Below are positions 1 through 9,276 of a DNA stretch of 64,000 bases, piece by piece. A model generated the notes under the pieces. It did not search any database, was not told the DNA's origin, and saw only the letters and a list, made by a program, of their open reading frames with translations. Each line of letters begins with the position of its first letter. Position 1 is the stretch's first letter. A program made the translations under genes and the position numbers. The stretch lies in contig CBDAOY010000008.1 in NCBI GenBank assembly GCA_965198225.1, positions 352,001 to 416,000 on the forward strand, written 5' to 3'. The stretch comes from Terriglobia bacterium (GTDB lineage: Bacteria; Acidobacteriota; Terriglobia; 20CM-2-55-15).

Positions 1-205
1 CGTCGACATCTTCACGATCGGCCAGTACCTTCGTCCGACGCCCAAGCATGCGGAAATCGATCGATACTACACGCCGGGCGAGTTCGACGAACTGGGCAGG
101 ATCGGGCGCGGTCTCGGCATCCGCTGGGTGTTTTCGGGCCCGCTGGTGAGGAGCTCCTACCATGCCGAAGACGTCTTCGATCAGATGATGGCCACCGCCG
201 GTTGA
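1..205 (+). CDS. lipA: Lipoyl synthase, C-terminal part (5' end outside window)
   Basis: Frame starting at nt 2 reads [25 protein letters not shown]...[11 protein letters not shown]. GQYLxP and RSSY are LipA signatures. Stop TGA at 203-205. Confidence 0.92.
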   Translation, partial: VDIFTIGQYLRPTPKHAEIDRYYTPGEFDELGRIGRGLGIRWVFSGPLVRSSYHAEDVFDQMMATAG

Positions 206-213
206 CCACGAAC

Positions 214-507
214 ATGGGGCTACTTTCCAGGATCCTGGGTGTCGACACCGACGAGCCGGACCGGCCCGAGAAGCCCGATGCGAGCGAGTTGAGGAGCCGC
301 ATCGAAGCTGTTCTTGACGATGTCCGACCCGCCTTGCATTCCGACGGTGGGGATGTCGAACTCCTCGAAGTCGTCGGCAACTCGGCCAAAGTCCGCCTGA
401 CGGGGGCTTGTAACGGCTGTCCCAGCGCCGCCTTCACCCTTCGTTACGGTATCGAGAAGCGTCTGAAGGACGAGATTCCGGAGTTTGAAGATTTAATTCC
501 GGTGTAG
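214..507 (+). CDS. NifU/NfuA-like Fe-S cluster carrier (Nfu C-terminal domain)
   Basis: VRPALHSDGGDVEL...LTGACNGCPSA with the conserved CxxC. ATG at 214 preferred over TTG at 202. Confidence 0.88.
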   Translation: MGLLSRILGVDTDEPDRPEKPDASELRSRIEAVLDDVRPALHSDGGDVELLEVVGNSAKVRLTGACNGCPSAAFTLRYGIEKRLKDEIPEFEDLIPV

Positions 508-509
508 GG

Positions 510-606
510 ACGTAGGCCGTTATTCGTAGGCCGTTGTCCGTTGCGAAGAAGTGACAAGTGGCAAGTGACAAGCAAGAAATACACACCAACGGATAACGGC
601 CTACGT
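510..606. repeat. Heptamer-periodic inverted repeat (CGTAGGCCGTT... / ...AACGGCCTACG family) enclosing GTGACAA/GTGGCAA units
   Basis: cgtaggccgttattcgtaggccgttgtccgttg...caacggataacggcctacg. Related copies at ~46132-46270 and ~61084-61110. Confidence 0.7.
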
Positions 607-609
607 GCC

Positions 610-1209
610 TCACAACTCCCGCCTGCCCTCCAATGCGTGCGTCATCGTTACTGAATCCGCGTAATCCAGATCGCTTCCCACCGGAAGGCCCATCGCGATG
701 CGCGTCACGCGGACACCCAGCGGCTTAATCAGCTTTGACAGGTAGAGCGCCGTCGTCTCCCCCTCCACGTTGGGGTTTGTCGCAATGATGATCTCTTCGA
801 CGGTTCCGGACTGGAGCCGTTCGATCAACGACGACACCGCCAGCTGGTCGGGTCCGATACCTTTCAAAGGTGAGATCGCACCCAGCAGTATGTGGTAGCG
901 CCCGTTGAACTCATGTGTGCTTTCGATCGGGATTATGTTGTGGGATTCTTCGACGATGCAGAGAACTCGATCGTTCCGGTTGGGATGGGTGCAGAAATGG
1001 CAGGGATCGATGTCGGTGAGGTTGTTACATGTCGAGCACCGGCGGATCTTCTCTTTGACGTCCCGGATGGACTCGGCGAACTGCTCGGCCTCAGGTGTTT
1101 CCATCTTGAGGATGTGGAACGCCATCCTCTGAGCGGACTTGGTGCCGATCCCGGGCAGCTTCTTGAAGTTTTCGATCAGCCGCGTAACGGGCTCGGCCAC
1201 ATCTCCCAT
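610..1209 (-). CDS. recR: Recombination mediator RecR
   Basis: LPGIGTKSAQRMAFH, C4 zinc finger CSTC...CHFC, Toprim ATNPNVEGETTA. Confidence 0.97.
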   Translation of the reverse strand: MGDVAEPVTRLIENFKKLPGIGTKSAQRMAFHILKMETPEAEQFAESIRDVKEKIRRCSTCNNLTDIDPCHFCTHPNRNDRVLCIVEESHNIIPIESTHEFNGRYHILLGAISPLKGIGPDQLAVSSLIERLQSGTVEEIIIATNPNVEGETTALYLSKLIKPLGVRVTRIAMGLPVGSDLDYADSVTMTHALEGRREL

Positions 1210-1511
1210 CAGAAAAGACCAGGGATCTTTAGACCGGACGCCAGACTGCCGAGTTGGGTGTTCATCGCCTCATCGACGCGACGGGCCGCTTCGTTCACGG
1301 CCGCGACGATAAGATCCTGCAGCATCTCGCGGTCGTCGCCGGCGAGGACTTCCGGGTCGATGTCGATCGAGAGGAGCTGCTTGTTCCCGTTCATTTTGAC
1401 CGACACCATCTCGCCGCCCGCGCTGGCCTCGACTACTGTCTGCTCGAGTTGTTTCTGCAGCTGCTCCTGCATCTTCTGAGCCTGCTGCATCATCTGCTGC
1501 ATATTCTTCAT
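1209..1511 (-). CDS. ybaB: YbaB/EbfC nucleoid-associated protein
   Basis: MKNMQQMMQQAQKMQEQL...AGGEMVSV...DLIVAAVNEA; canonical dnaX-ybaB-recR synteny. Confidence 0.93.
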   Translation of the reverse strand: MKNMQQMMQQAQKMQEQLQKQLEQTVVEASAGGEMVSVKMNGNKQLLSIDIDPEVLAGDDREMLQDLIVAAVNEAARRVDEAMNTQLGSLASGLKIPGLF

Positions 1512-1524
1512 TCGAGTCTGCTCC

Positions 1525-3252
1525 CTATTCTTCCGAAGGATCCTTCGCGCTCTTGACCTGGGCAATCTCGCCCCGGAACACGTCCAGGAAGCTTTGCACC
1601 AGGGTTTCGCTTTCAGCGGAGCTGCGAAGCGCGGCGTCGGCGCTCGTTTCTTCTGCGTGATTGGAAACCTGCTCCATTATAAGAGATACCGAAATGGCTT
1701 TACCAAGCAGTTCGCCGGCAGCGCGCTCGAGGACCTGCCTGCGTTCCTTGGTCTCGAGAGCCTTCTTGACCGTTTGGGTCGAGACCTTGATCTCCAGTCG
1801 AGGGCCGGCTTGATGGATCGACTTGACGCGCTCGAGGTACAGCGAAGTCTTTTCCGATTCTTCCCGAACCTTGTTCCGAAAGCGTGCTTCAAATCCGACA
1901 TCGTGCTCTTCGGTGCGTTTTTCCTCCGACGGTGACAGAGCCGGACCCGTGCTTGGTTTCTCAGGGGAGGCGCCAGGGGGCGGGCTGGCCGGCGGCTCTT
2001 CTCTTCCGGCCGCCGGTCCCGGTGTCTGCAGGCTCAGCCTGGCAGGTTCGCTCTCGGTGTTCACCGGTCTTGCAGGTCGGGAAGGTTTCGGCTTGCTGAC
2101 AGGCGGCGGATCCGCGCCGGCTTCGGGGCCGGATTTCAATTCGCGGATGACCTCTTCGATATCGCGCAGGTGGCCGACCTTTGCAAGCTTGATACAGCCC
2201 ACTTCCAGATGAAATCTGGGCTCCGAGGCCCAGCGAAGGTCGTTCTCGAGGCGCAGCAGCATGTCGAAGAAGCGCACCAGATCCTGTTCCGAGAAACTCT
2301 CGGCCTGGGTCACGATCCGGCTTCGTTCGTCGGGAGCCGCCAGAATCTTTTCGGTGATGTTCAGCTTTGCGAGCAACAGATCGCGAACCCTGGCCAGGAA
2401 CTCCCGGACGAACTGCTGAAGGTTGAGCCCCTGATCGACCACGATTTCCACGACATCCAGGAGCGTCTTCGAGTCACGGGCGATCAACGCTTCGGTGGTG
2501 CGGTCGAGAATGTCGGCCGGGATAAAGCCCAGAACGTCCCGAACATCGTCGTCGGCGATCTCCTGACCCCCGAATGCGATGATTTGATCCAGCAGCGACT
2601 GCGCGTCACGCATGCTGCCCTCGGCTGCCTTGACCACATACTCGAGCGCGCCTTCGCCGACCTCGATGCTTTCCCGTTGGGCGATCTTCTTCAGGTGCTC
2701 GAGGATTTCGCTGGGAGGGATTGTCCTGAAGACGAATTGCTGGCAGCGTGACAGGATCGTCGCTGGCAGCTTGTGCCGTTCGGTCGTCGCCATGATGAAG
2801 GCGACGTGCGGCGGCGGCTCCTCGAGGATCTTCAGCAGGGCGTTGAACGCGGATGTCGACAGCATATGGACTTCATCGACGATGAAAATCTTGTTGCGAT
2901 CACGGGACGGCGCGTAGCGCGCGTTTTCTCGTAGCTCTCGGATGGAATCTACTCCCGTGTTCGAGGCCGCATCGATCTCGAGGACGTCAATCGAGCGGCC
3001 GGCCGAGATCTCCTGACAGGAAGGGCACTTATTGCATGGTTCAGCAGTCGGTCCCTCAACACAATTCAGAGCTTTGGCGAGCAGGCGTGCTGTCGTTGTC
3101 TTGCCGACACCGCGCGGACCGCAGAACAGGTAGGCATGGCCGATCCGGTCCATGTGGATCGCGTTGCGCAGCGTCTGTACGATGGGACCCTGCCCCACCA
3201 CGTCCTCGAAGACCTGCGGTCGAAACTTGCGCGCGATGACCTGGTATTTCAT
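1525..3252 (-). CDS. dnaX: DNA polymerase III subunit gamma/tau
   Basis: YQVIARKFRPQ, Walker A GPRGVGKTT, EIDAASNTGVD, SRC motif, Pro-rich linker. Confidence 0.97.
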   Translation of the reverse strand: MKYQVIARKFRPQVFEDVVGQGPIVQTLRNAIHMDRIGHAYLFCGPRGVGKTTTARLLAKALNCVEGPTAEPCNKCPSCQEISAGRSIDVLEIDAASNTGVDSIRELRENARYAPSRDRNKIFIVDEVHMLSTSAFNALLKILEEPPPHVAFIMATTERHKLPATILSRCQQFVFRTIPPSEILEHLKKIAQRESIEVGEGALEYVVKAAEGSMRDAQSLLDQIIAFGGQEIADDDVRDVLGFIPADILDRTTEALIARDSKTLLDVVEIVVDQGLNLQQFVREFLARVRDLLLAKLNITEKILAAPDERSRIVTQAESFSEQDLVRFFDMLLRLENDLRWASEPRFHLEVGCIKLAKVGHLRDIEEVIRELKSGPEAGADPPPVSKPKPSRPARPVNTESEPARLSLQTPGPAAGREEPPASPPPGASPEKPSTGPALSPSEEKRTEEHDVGFEARFRNKVREESEKTSLYLERVKSIHQAGPRLEIKVSTQTVKKALETKERRQVLERAAGELLGKAISVSLIMEQVSNHAEETSADAALRSSAESETLVQSFLDVFRGEIAQVKSAKDPSEE

Positions 3253-3307
3253 CGGGTTGGATTGATCCTTGCTTCGAGAGCGGCCGAGCGAAAATCGTGC
3301 GAGGAGG

Positions 3308-3414
3308 TCAGGCCCGGGGGATACTGTGTCACATCGGGTAACCCACTACCGTTGCTTCCTTCCGGACCTGGCGGGGTTCGCGGGCGCCGATTGCACAGCC
3401 CCCCTAAAGCCTGA
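3308..3414 (-). ncRNA. ffs: Small (4.5S-type) signal recognition particle RNA
   Basis: Minus strand contains the domain IV motif CCAGGTCCGGAAGGAAGCAACGG within a long hairpin closed by tcaggc/gcctga, upstream of dnaX. Confidence 0.9.
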
Positions 3415-3452
3415 TAACCCTTTCTCGTGATTCGGTTTCCGAATCCAGAAAG

Positions 3453-3539
3453 CGGAGAGAGTGGGATTCGAACCCACGGTGAGGTTACCCCCACACACGC
3501 TTTCCAAGCGTGCTCCTTCGACCACTCGGACATCTCTCC
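3453..3539 (-). tRNA. tRNA-Ser (GGA)
   Basis: GGAGAGA acceptor stem, anticodon arm CACGC-TTGGAAA-GCGTG, long variable arm, GGTTCGAATCC T-loop; CCA not encoded. Confidence 0.95.
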
Positions 3540-3745
3540 GGAGCCGCTCGAGACGGTCGCATCGATTGTAAGCCGCGGATCGGTGGACCGCAACCCTGCC
3601 GGGCAGCCCACATGGACGTCAGACCGCGCCACTGTTTGCCGTTTTCAGCTCGAACACATCGCGGACCCCAGCCACCGGACGGGCAGATGCGCGGCCAGAG
3701 CCCCTGGGCAGCTGACTATTGCCTACTGACTGCGGACTACTTCCC

Positions 3746-6700
3746 TCAGTATTTCTTCAGTTTCGGCTTCTTCGGACTCTTCCTGAGAATCTTCCGAATC
3801 TCTGCCAACGCCCGTTCCATCTGGCGATCGTGCCCGGCCGCATGATCCTGCGGCCGGCTGTCGATCTCGATGTCCGGGTCGGTTCCGTAGTTCTCGACAC
3901 CGTAGCCCACGTCTTCAAACCAGTAGGCATATTCCGGCTGCGTCGTGATAGTCCCGTCGACCAGGCCCGCCTGCGGCCAGATCCCGACGACGCCTCCCCA
4001 TGTTCTCTTGCCGATCAGGGGACCCAGTCCGAACAGCTTGAAGGCGTGGCAGAAGATATCGCCGTCCGACCCCGCGTACTCGTTCGTCAACGCCACCATC
4101 GGGCCCATCGGCGAGGCCTCTGGATAGGGTGTCGGCTCCGCCCAACGGCTGACGTCGTAACCGATGCGGCGCCGCAAGAGCTTCTCCAGGAGGAGTTGCG
4201 AGACGTGTCCCCCGCGGTTGAAGCGGACGTCGATGATCAGGCCGTCGCGAACCGATTCCTGACCGTAATACCGATGGAATTCCGAGTAGCCAACGGGTCC
4301 CATGTCCGGGATGTGGACATAACCGACGCGGCCATCGGTTTCGGCGTGGACGTGGCCGCGATTGCTCTCCACCCAATCCCGGTAGCGGAGCGATGTTTCC
4401 TCGACAAGCGTTTTGACCGTCACCGTGCGGGCGTCGGACGATGTCGCCCGGCTACCGCGCGATGTCGCCCGGCGGCCGCGATTGCGCACCGTCAGTTGGA
4501 CTGCCTTGCCCGCCAGATGGACCAGGCGCTCGTAGGGCGACGTGTCCGACCCCACGTCTGCGCCGCCGACGGCGACAATCTCGTCGCCGGCGTGCAGACT
4601 GAGTCCGGGCGCCGCCAGCGGAGATGCATACTGGCTGTCCCAGGAATCGCCTCGAGGTATCCTTCCGATGCGCCACCGCTTCGTCCGCCTGTTGTATTCG
4701 AGATCGGCGCCGAGAAAGCCCTGGCTCCAGTTGGGTCTCGGACGGTAGTCTCCTCCCATTTCGTAACAGTGGGAGGTTCCCAGTTCGCCCTGCAGTTCCC
4801 ACAGCAGGTCGGAGAACTCGGCCCGGCTACCGACGCGTCCCAGCACGGGAAGGTAACGTTCATAGACTTCCTCCCAGTCGACGCCGGACATGTCGGCTCT
4901 CCAGAACTGCTCGCGCTGCAGACGCCACGCCTCTCCGTACATCTGCCTCCACTCATCGGTCGGGATCACCTCTGCGCGAATGCGATCCAGGTCCACCCAA
5001 CCGGTCTCACGGGTGTATTCGTCCTTGTTCTTTTCGGGATCCTCCTTGTAGGCGGCCGGCAACGCCCGCAGGTTGGTCCCTGACCGGACGCCCATGACCT
5101 TGCGGTCCAGCGACAGGGAAAAGCTCGTCACCTTGTCCGATACCCGTCCGGACTTGTTTGCCTCGAAGTCCCAGAACTCCAGGATGCCGCTTGCGACCGG
5201 TTCGCTGTCGTCTTCCTCATGGAGGCTCCCTTCGGACGGGTACCTGCAAAAGAGAACTCGTCCGAAGGCTCCGAGGACTCCGCCGTAGCGTGACTCCGGT
5301 ACCGGAAACGCGACGACACGGTCCTCGATCCCTTCCAAATCGATCCGAAAAGAGGGTTGTTCGTCCGAACCGTTCCCACCTTTGTCCGCATCTCCGGGCG
5401 GTCCTCCCGGTGGTTTCGGTTTCCGTGTGGCCATCGAGAACGGAGACACGATGTCGTTACCGAGGGTGAGCAGGTAAGGACGAGAGCCTTTGGGGAACCC
5501 GAGGTCGAAGTAGTGGCTATCGTAGACTGGGTTGAAGACTCTCCACGAGATGAAATAGAGGTATTTGCCGTCGGGGTCGAAGCTCGGTCCGACATCGAAG
5601 AAGTCCGGTCCCGTGAGCGTCGTGATCTTGCCCGACTCTATCTCGTACAGGCGAATGCTGCTGGATCGTTCAGAGGCCGAGTGCCCGAAAGCGATCCAGC
5701 GGGAATCGGGCGACCAATCGACTCCAGCGATCCTGTGGTGCGGGCTTCTGTCGACAACGTTCGAGTCGCCCTTCGTCAGGTTGACAAGGATGAGCTCGTG
5801 ACGGTTGTTGGTCAGCACGACCAGGTCGGGTGCAGCCTTCTGCTTTTTCTTGGATTTCTTCTTGTCCTTCTTCTTGCCGTCTGCTGCGGAGTCGTCCGAA
5901 TCCGGCTTCTCCAGCGCGTTGCCCGGGGCGACGTACAGTCCGGAGACGCGGCCGAAGTCTCCACGGATCCGCTTCGGCTCGCCGGCCGAACCTCGAGAAA
6001 AGACGATCAGGTGTTCATCCCTGCCCTCATCGGTCACAGCGACGATTCGATCGCCGTCGGGCAGCCACCTCCCCAGGCGATACCGCACGCTCGACACTTT
6101 CCCGAGCCTCAGCGGGGCTTCCTCCCAGAGCCCCATCGCGAACAATCCGCCACGATGAACGGATGCCACGGTGTGACCGTTCGGATGCAGGTCGAACGAT
6201 TCGAGGTAGCGGGACGCGGAGACGAATTTGCGGTTCCGTTGGCTGCGACTGCTGTGAATTCGGACTTCGATCTTTCTGGCCGCATCATACTGGGGGTCGA
6301 AAACATAGATGTCCGCCCCGGAGTGATAGACGATTCGTCTTCCGTCGGTCGACGGAAAGCGGACGTAGAAGTCGGCATGATGGGTGTGCTGTTTTAGACC
6401 CCGTCCGGTCGGTGTGCACGAATACAGGTTGCCGTGGCCCTCATGATCCGAGAGAAAATAGATGCGGGACCCGATCCACATCGGGCTGGCAAGATTCCCT
6501 TCCACTCGGATGAGCGGAGAAAACCGTCCGGCGCCGGCGCGGTCGATCCACAGCGTGCCAGCCGTTCCTCCCCGGTAGCGCTTCCAGCGGGCAGGATCTC
6601 CAGAGTTTCTCCCGATTACCAGGCCTTCCGAACCCGGGGCGAAAGACGCAGCTCGCGCCGGACCGCAGGGCAGGGACTCAGGGGGTGTCCCCGTCTCGGA

Positions 6701-7060
6701 GACCGAGATCAGGTGCATGTTCCCGGCGAAGGGCTGACGCCAGTCCGTGGACGCCATGATCCGGCCCCCTGGCGCCCAGCCGACGACCTGTGTGTGTGAG
6801 CCGAGCCATGTCAGGCGCCTCGGACTACCACCGTCTGCGGCCATGACATAGACCTCGGTCGGTCCATCGTCTCTTCCGGTAAAGGCTACGGATTCGCCAT
6901 CCGGGGAGAACGCGGGAAAAGAGGCAACGCCCGGATTCGCCGTCAGGCGTCGAGCGGTGCCGCCGTCGGCGGACACTCTCCAGAGATCGTCTTCGCAGAC
7001 GAAGACGACGTCGTCGCCCGCGATCGTTGGGTGCCGATAGTAGCCGAGTTCCGAAGACAT
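3746..7060 (-). CDS. Tricorn protease (S41 family)
   Basis: N-terminal beta-propeller repeats (WKRYRGGTAG), PDZ region, GELGTSH, IIDVRFNRGG, catalytic AGSDGD, GKRTWGGVVG; no evident signal peptide. Confidence 0.93.
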   Translation of the reverse strand: MSSELGYYRHPTIAGDDVVFVCEDDLWRVSADGGTARRLTANPGVASFPAFSPDGESVAFTGRDDGPTEVYVMAADGGSPRRLTWLGSHTQVVGWAPGGRIMASTDWRQPFAGNMHLISVSETGTPPESLPCGPARAASFAPGSEGLVIGRNSGDPARWKRYRGGTAGTLWIDRAGAGRFSPLIRVEGNLASPMWIGSRIYFLSDHEGHGNLYSCTPTGRGLKQHTHHADFYVRFPSTDGRRIVYHSGADIYVFDPQYDAARKIEVRIHSSRSQRNRKFVSASRYLESFDLHPNGHTVASVHRGGLFAMGLWEEAPLRLGKVSSVRYRLGRWLPDGDRIVAVTDEGRDEHLIVFSRGSAGEPKRIRGDFGRVSGLYVAPGNALEKPDSDDSAADGKKKDKKKSKKKQKAAPDLVVLTNNRHELILVNLTKGDSNVVDRSPHHRIAGVDWSPDSRWIAFGHSASERSSSIRLYEIESGKITTLTGPDFFDVGPSFDPDGKYLYFISWRVFNPVYDSHYFDLGFPKGSRPYLLTLGNDIVSPFSMATRKPKPPGGPPGDADKGGNGSDEQPSFRIDLEGIEDRVVAFPVPESRYGGVLGAFGRVLFCRYPSEGSLHEEDDSEPVASGILEFWDFEANKSGRVSDKVTSFSLSLDRKVMGVRSGTNLRALPAAYKEDPEKNKDEYTRETGWVDLDRIRAEVIPTDEWRQMYGEAWRLQREQFWRADMSGVDWEEVYERYLPVLGRVGSRAEFSDLLWELQGELGTSHCYEMGGDYRPRPNWSQGFLGADLEYNRRTKRWRIGRIPRGDSWDSQYASPLAAPGLSLHAGDEIVAVGGADVGSDTSPYERLVHLAGKAVQLTVRNRGRRATSRGSRATSSDARTVTVKTLVEETSLRYRDWVESNRGHVHAETDGRVGYVHIPDMGPVGYSEFHRYYGQESVRDGLIIDVRFNRGGHVSQLLLEKLLRRRIGYDVSRWAEPTPYPEASPMGPMVALTNEYAGSDGDIFCHAFKLFGLGPLIGKRTWGGVVGIWPQAGLVDGTITTQPEYAYWFEDVGYGVENYGTDPDIEIDSRPQDHAAGHDRQMERALAEIRKILRKSPKKPKLKKY

Positions 7061-7208
7061 GAATATCCCCTTGTCGTTTTGCCTCGATCCGGTTTATTGG
7101 CCGCTATCTCGCGGTAAAGGACGGTCCCGCGAGCGCTCAAGCGGCTCAGAGGAAACCGTTATGATAACGCTAGAGCCGGGCGGCTGACTAGAGGCTCTCC
7201 ACGGGCTG

Positions 7209-7966
7209 CTATACCCGCCTGATGGCTGGCGGCCCCGAGGTCCGGTCGGCGAGGATGCTGCGCAGTTGGGAGACCAGGTCCCGTAGATCGATGCCGCGAG
7301 ACGACGTGCCGTAGGGTTCGAGCTTCGCAAGTGCCTTGCGGAGTTGGGAATATCCCCCGCGGGAATTCCCCTTTTCGAGGTGGTGGAGGCCGACGGCGGC
7401 GTGGATCAGCCCCTGGTAGAGAAGGCGGCTCTCATCGGCGGTGTCTCGCCAGAGATCTTCCCAGGCCTCGTGGGCTTCGAAGTAGTGTCCGGAATTAAAT
7501 GCCCCTTCGCGGGACAACTTGATTCCTGGAAAAACAGGCCTTCCGTGTGCAGGCCGGGCCGATGGATCAAGCATGCTCACCGAATCCGTCACCACGCTTG
7601 GCAAGAAGTCGAAGCCGACACTAAAGGCGCTGGAAGAACTCCCAGGACCACTTGGACGAGCCGCAGGCGATACTGGCCGATAACGGTTACCAAAGTCCGG
7701 GCCTGCGAGGCGGCGGGCGTGACGCCGTACATAGCGATGGGACGCGAGCCATCATCTGACGGGTGGAACCTCGCCTGGGGCGCCCGATGCGGGTTCGATG
7801 GCGCAGTCGAGTGGCCGGGTCCCAAACGCAAGTCCGTCGAACGACGTGGTATTCGGCTTCCAAGTGTTGGGAAGTTTACCTCCGGGGACTTTTCGACGGG
7901 GTCCGGAGATGGACGCTTCAGCATGGCCTGGAAAAAAAATATTCCCTGTTCGAGGAGGTCGTCCAT
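7209..7966 (-). pseudogene. DUF309-family gene interrupted by an insertion
   Basis: N-terminal MDDLLEQGIFFF (ATG 7966) and the continuation FNSGHYFEAHEAWEDLW...YQGLIHAAVGLHH (from ~7499) lie ~430 bp apart in different frames. Confidence 0.72.
7560..7935 (+). mobile_element. Degenerate IS1182-like transposase fragment
   Basis: Frameshifted pieces KPTLKALEELPGPLG / EPQAILADNGY / RACEAAGVTPYIAMGRE / KRKSVE..VVFG..QVLG..YLRGL..WTL..MAW match the IS1182 C-terminal consensus as I recall it. Confidence 0.65.
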
Positions 7967-8210
7967 GCCGATCAGCTCGTGTAACGTCCATTCTAAAGGG
8001 CCTAGGATACGAATTTGTTCGAAGGACAAACCTTACATCATAGCGGTCCTGACAAACCGGAAACAAGGCTTTTCGGCCAGCTCCTCTCCATGCAATTTCT
8101 TCGCTTGAAAAACCTGTGCCCAGTACCCAATCTTAGAGTATCGAGGTCTGCGCCTTGTCAGGGATCGTTTCCCGACCGGGCCTACTTTTTTGTATTCCCA
8201 GGGAGGGATC

Positions 8211-8891
8211 ATGAGACCAATAGCATTTTGCGACCGGTGTCGCGGGATCGAGGTCGGCTGGAACAGGAAGTACCTGACGCATGGCTTGGTTTGTGGCGGT
8301 GGACTTTCCAAGTCATTGAGAATACTGATATATACAGCAGCTACTGCATTATTCATCTCCACATTTCCGACCTCCACCGCCGTCGTTCATTCCGATCAGA
8401 CAGACGCCAACATCGAACAGCCGATCGTGTCCGTCGCAGGTAGCGACTTCGTTGCCATTTCCGACCCAGCGGTGGAGGCGATCGAAGAACACCTCCGCCG
8501 GCACGCCCGTGTCAGTCAGACCGAGAGATCCCGGATCGCGCAGGCCGTGGTGACCAGCGCCAGAAAACACGACGTCGATCCTTTTCTTGTTGCGAGCGTC
8601 CTGGTGGTTGAGAGCAGCGCCAACCCGTTTGCCATATCGGGCAAAGACGCCGTAGGCATCATGCAGATACACGTCCCCACGTGGGGCACTCTCGTCGAGT
8701 CGGAGCAGATCAACCTGTTCCGAGTCGAGGACAACGTCGATCTGGGTACCCGTATCCTGAAGGATTACATTTCCCGCCATGGACTGTGGACCGGGTTGAC
8801 GCGTTACCTGGGAGCCTCCGGACCGACCGAAGAAGCTCAGGACTACATCGGGCGGATCCAGCGTCTGTACAGCGATAGGCAGGCGGATTGA
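8211..8891 (+). CDS. Lytic transglycosylase (SLT domain) with N-terminal membrane anchor
   Basis: VESSANPFAISGKDAVGIMQI (catalytic Glu plus GxMQ motif), NVDLGTRIL; RBS GGGAGG before ATG 8211. Confidence 0.85.
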   Translation: MRPIAFCDRCRGIEVGWNRKYLTHGLVCGGGLSKSLRILIYTAATALFISTFPTSTAVVHSDQTDANIEQPIVSVAGSDFVAISDPAVEAIEEHLRRHARVSQTERSRIAQAVVTSARKHDVDPFLVASVLVVESSANPFAISGKDAVGIMQIHVPTWGTLVESEQINLFRVEDNVDLGTRILKDYISRHGLWTGLTRYLGASGPTEEAQDYIGRIQRLYSDRQAD

Positions 8892-8895
8892 GAGA

Positions 8896-9095
8896 GTAGT
8901 CAGTTGCCAGTAGTCAGTTAAGGGGAGCGATCCGAAGTACTTACGCCTCATTCGCCACACCGTCACCGCGTGGTGAAGGACCGGCTCGGGGCCACGGAGT
9001 CCCTGCTCACCACAGACCGCTTCCGACTCGTCACTTGTCAGTCGTCACTTCTTCAAAGGGTTTCCGACAACTGACAAACTGACTACTGACTACTA
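8896..9095. repeat. Heptamer-periodic inverted repeat (AGTAGTC/GACTACT family)
   Basis: agtagtcagttgccagtagtcagtt ... aactgacaaactgactactgactact; a related half-copy at ~3710-3741. Confidence 0.6.
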
Positions 9096-9174
9096 TCCTT
9101 CCCCCCATCCCCCTCCCAAATCAAACGTTTAGCCCTACTGTACGTCCAAGTTTACATGCTTACTATCAGAATCA

Positions 9175-9204
9175 TTTGACATTGATTGACTCAGATTCTA
9201 TACT
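9175..9204 (+). promoter_or_regulatory. Sigma-70 promoter of the dnaK operon, overlapped by a HAIR-like (HspR) operator
   Basis: TTGACA (9176-9181), 17 bp, TATACT (9199-9204). TTTGACA-N7-ACTCAGA resembles HAIR CTTGAGT-N7-ACTCAAG; the operator call is weaker than the promoter call. Confidence 0.7.
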
Positions 9205-9276
9205 TCGCCTGTCATCATTGGGATCGGTTTCTTTGATCCGTGCAGTTTCTTGAGACGAGTAGAGAGGAGTTTTTAG

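Noticed and set aside
1525-3252. Programmed frameshift producing the DnaX gamma subunit
   Set aside because: I saw no A-AAA-AAG slippery site or long A run in the linker region
7499-7931. Self-splicing intron in the DUF309 gene
   Set aside because: No GUGYG 5' end, domain V hairpin or group I core seen; antisense transposase motifs explain the insert better
8040-8075. c-di-GMP-I riboswitch (acaaaccggaaac resemblance)
   Set aside because: Lacks the GGCAAAC...GACGCAAA conserved context and a proper P2/P3 architecture
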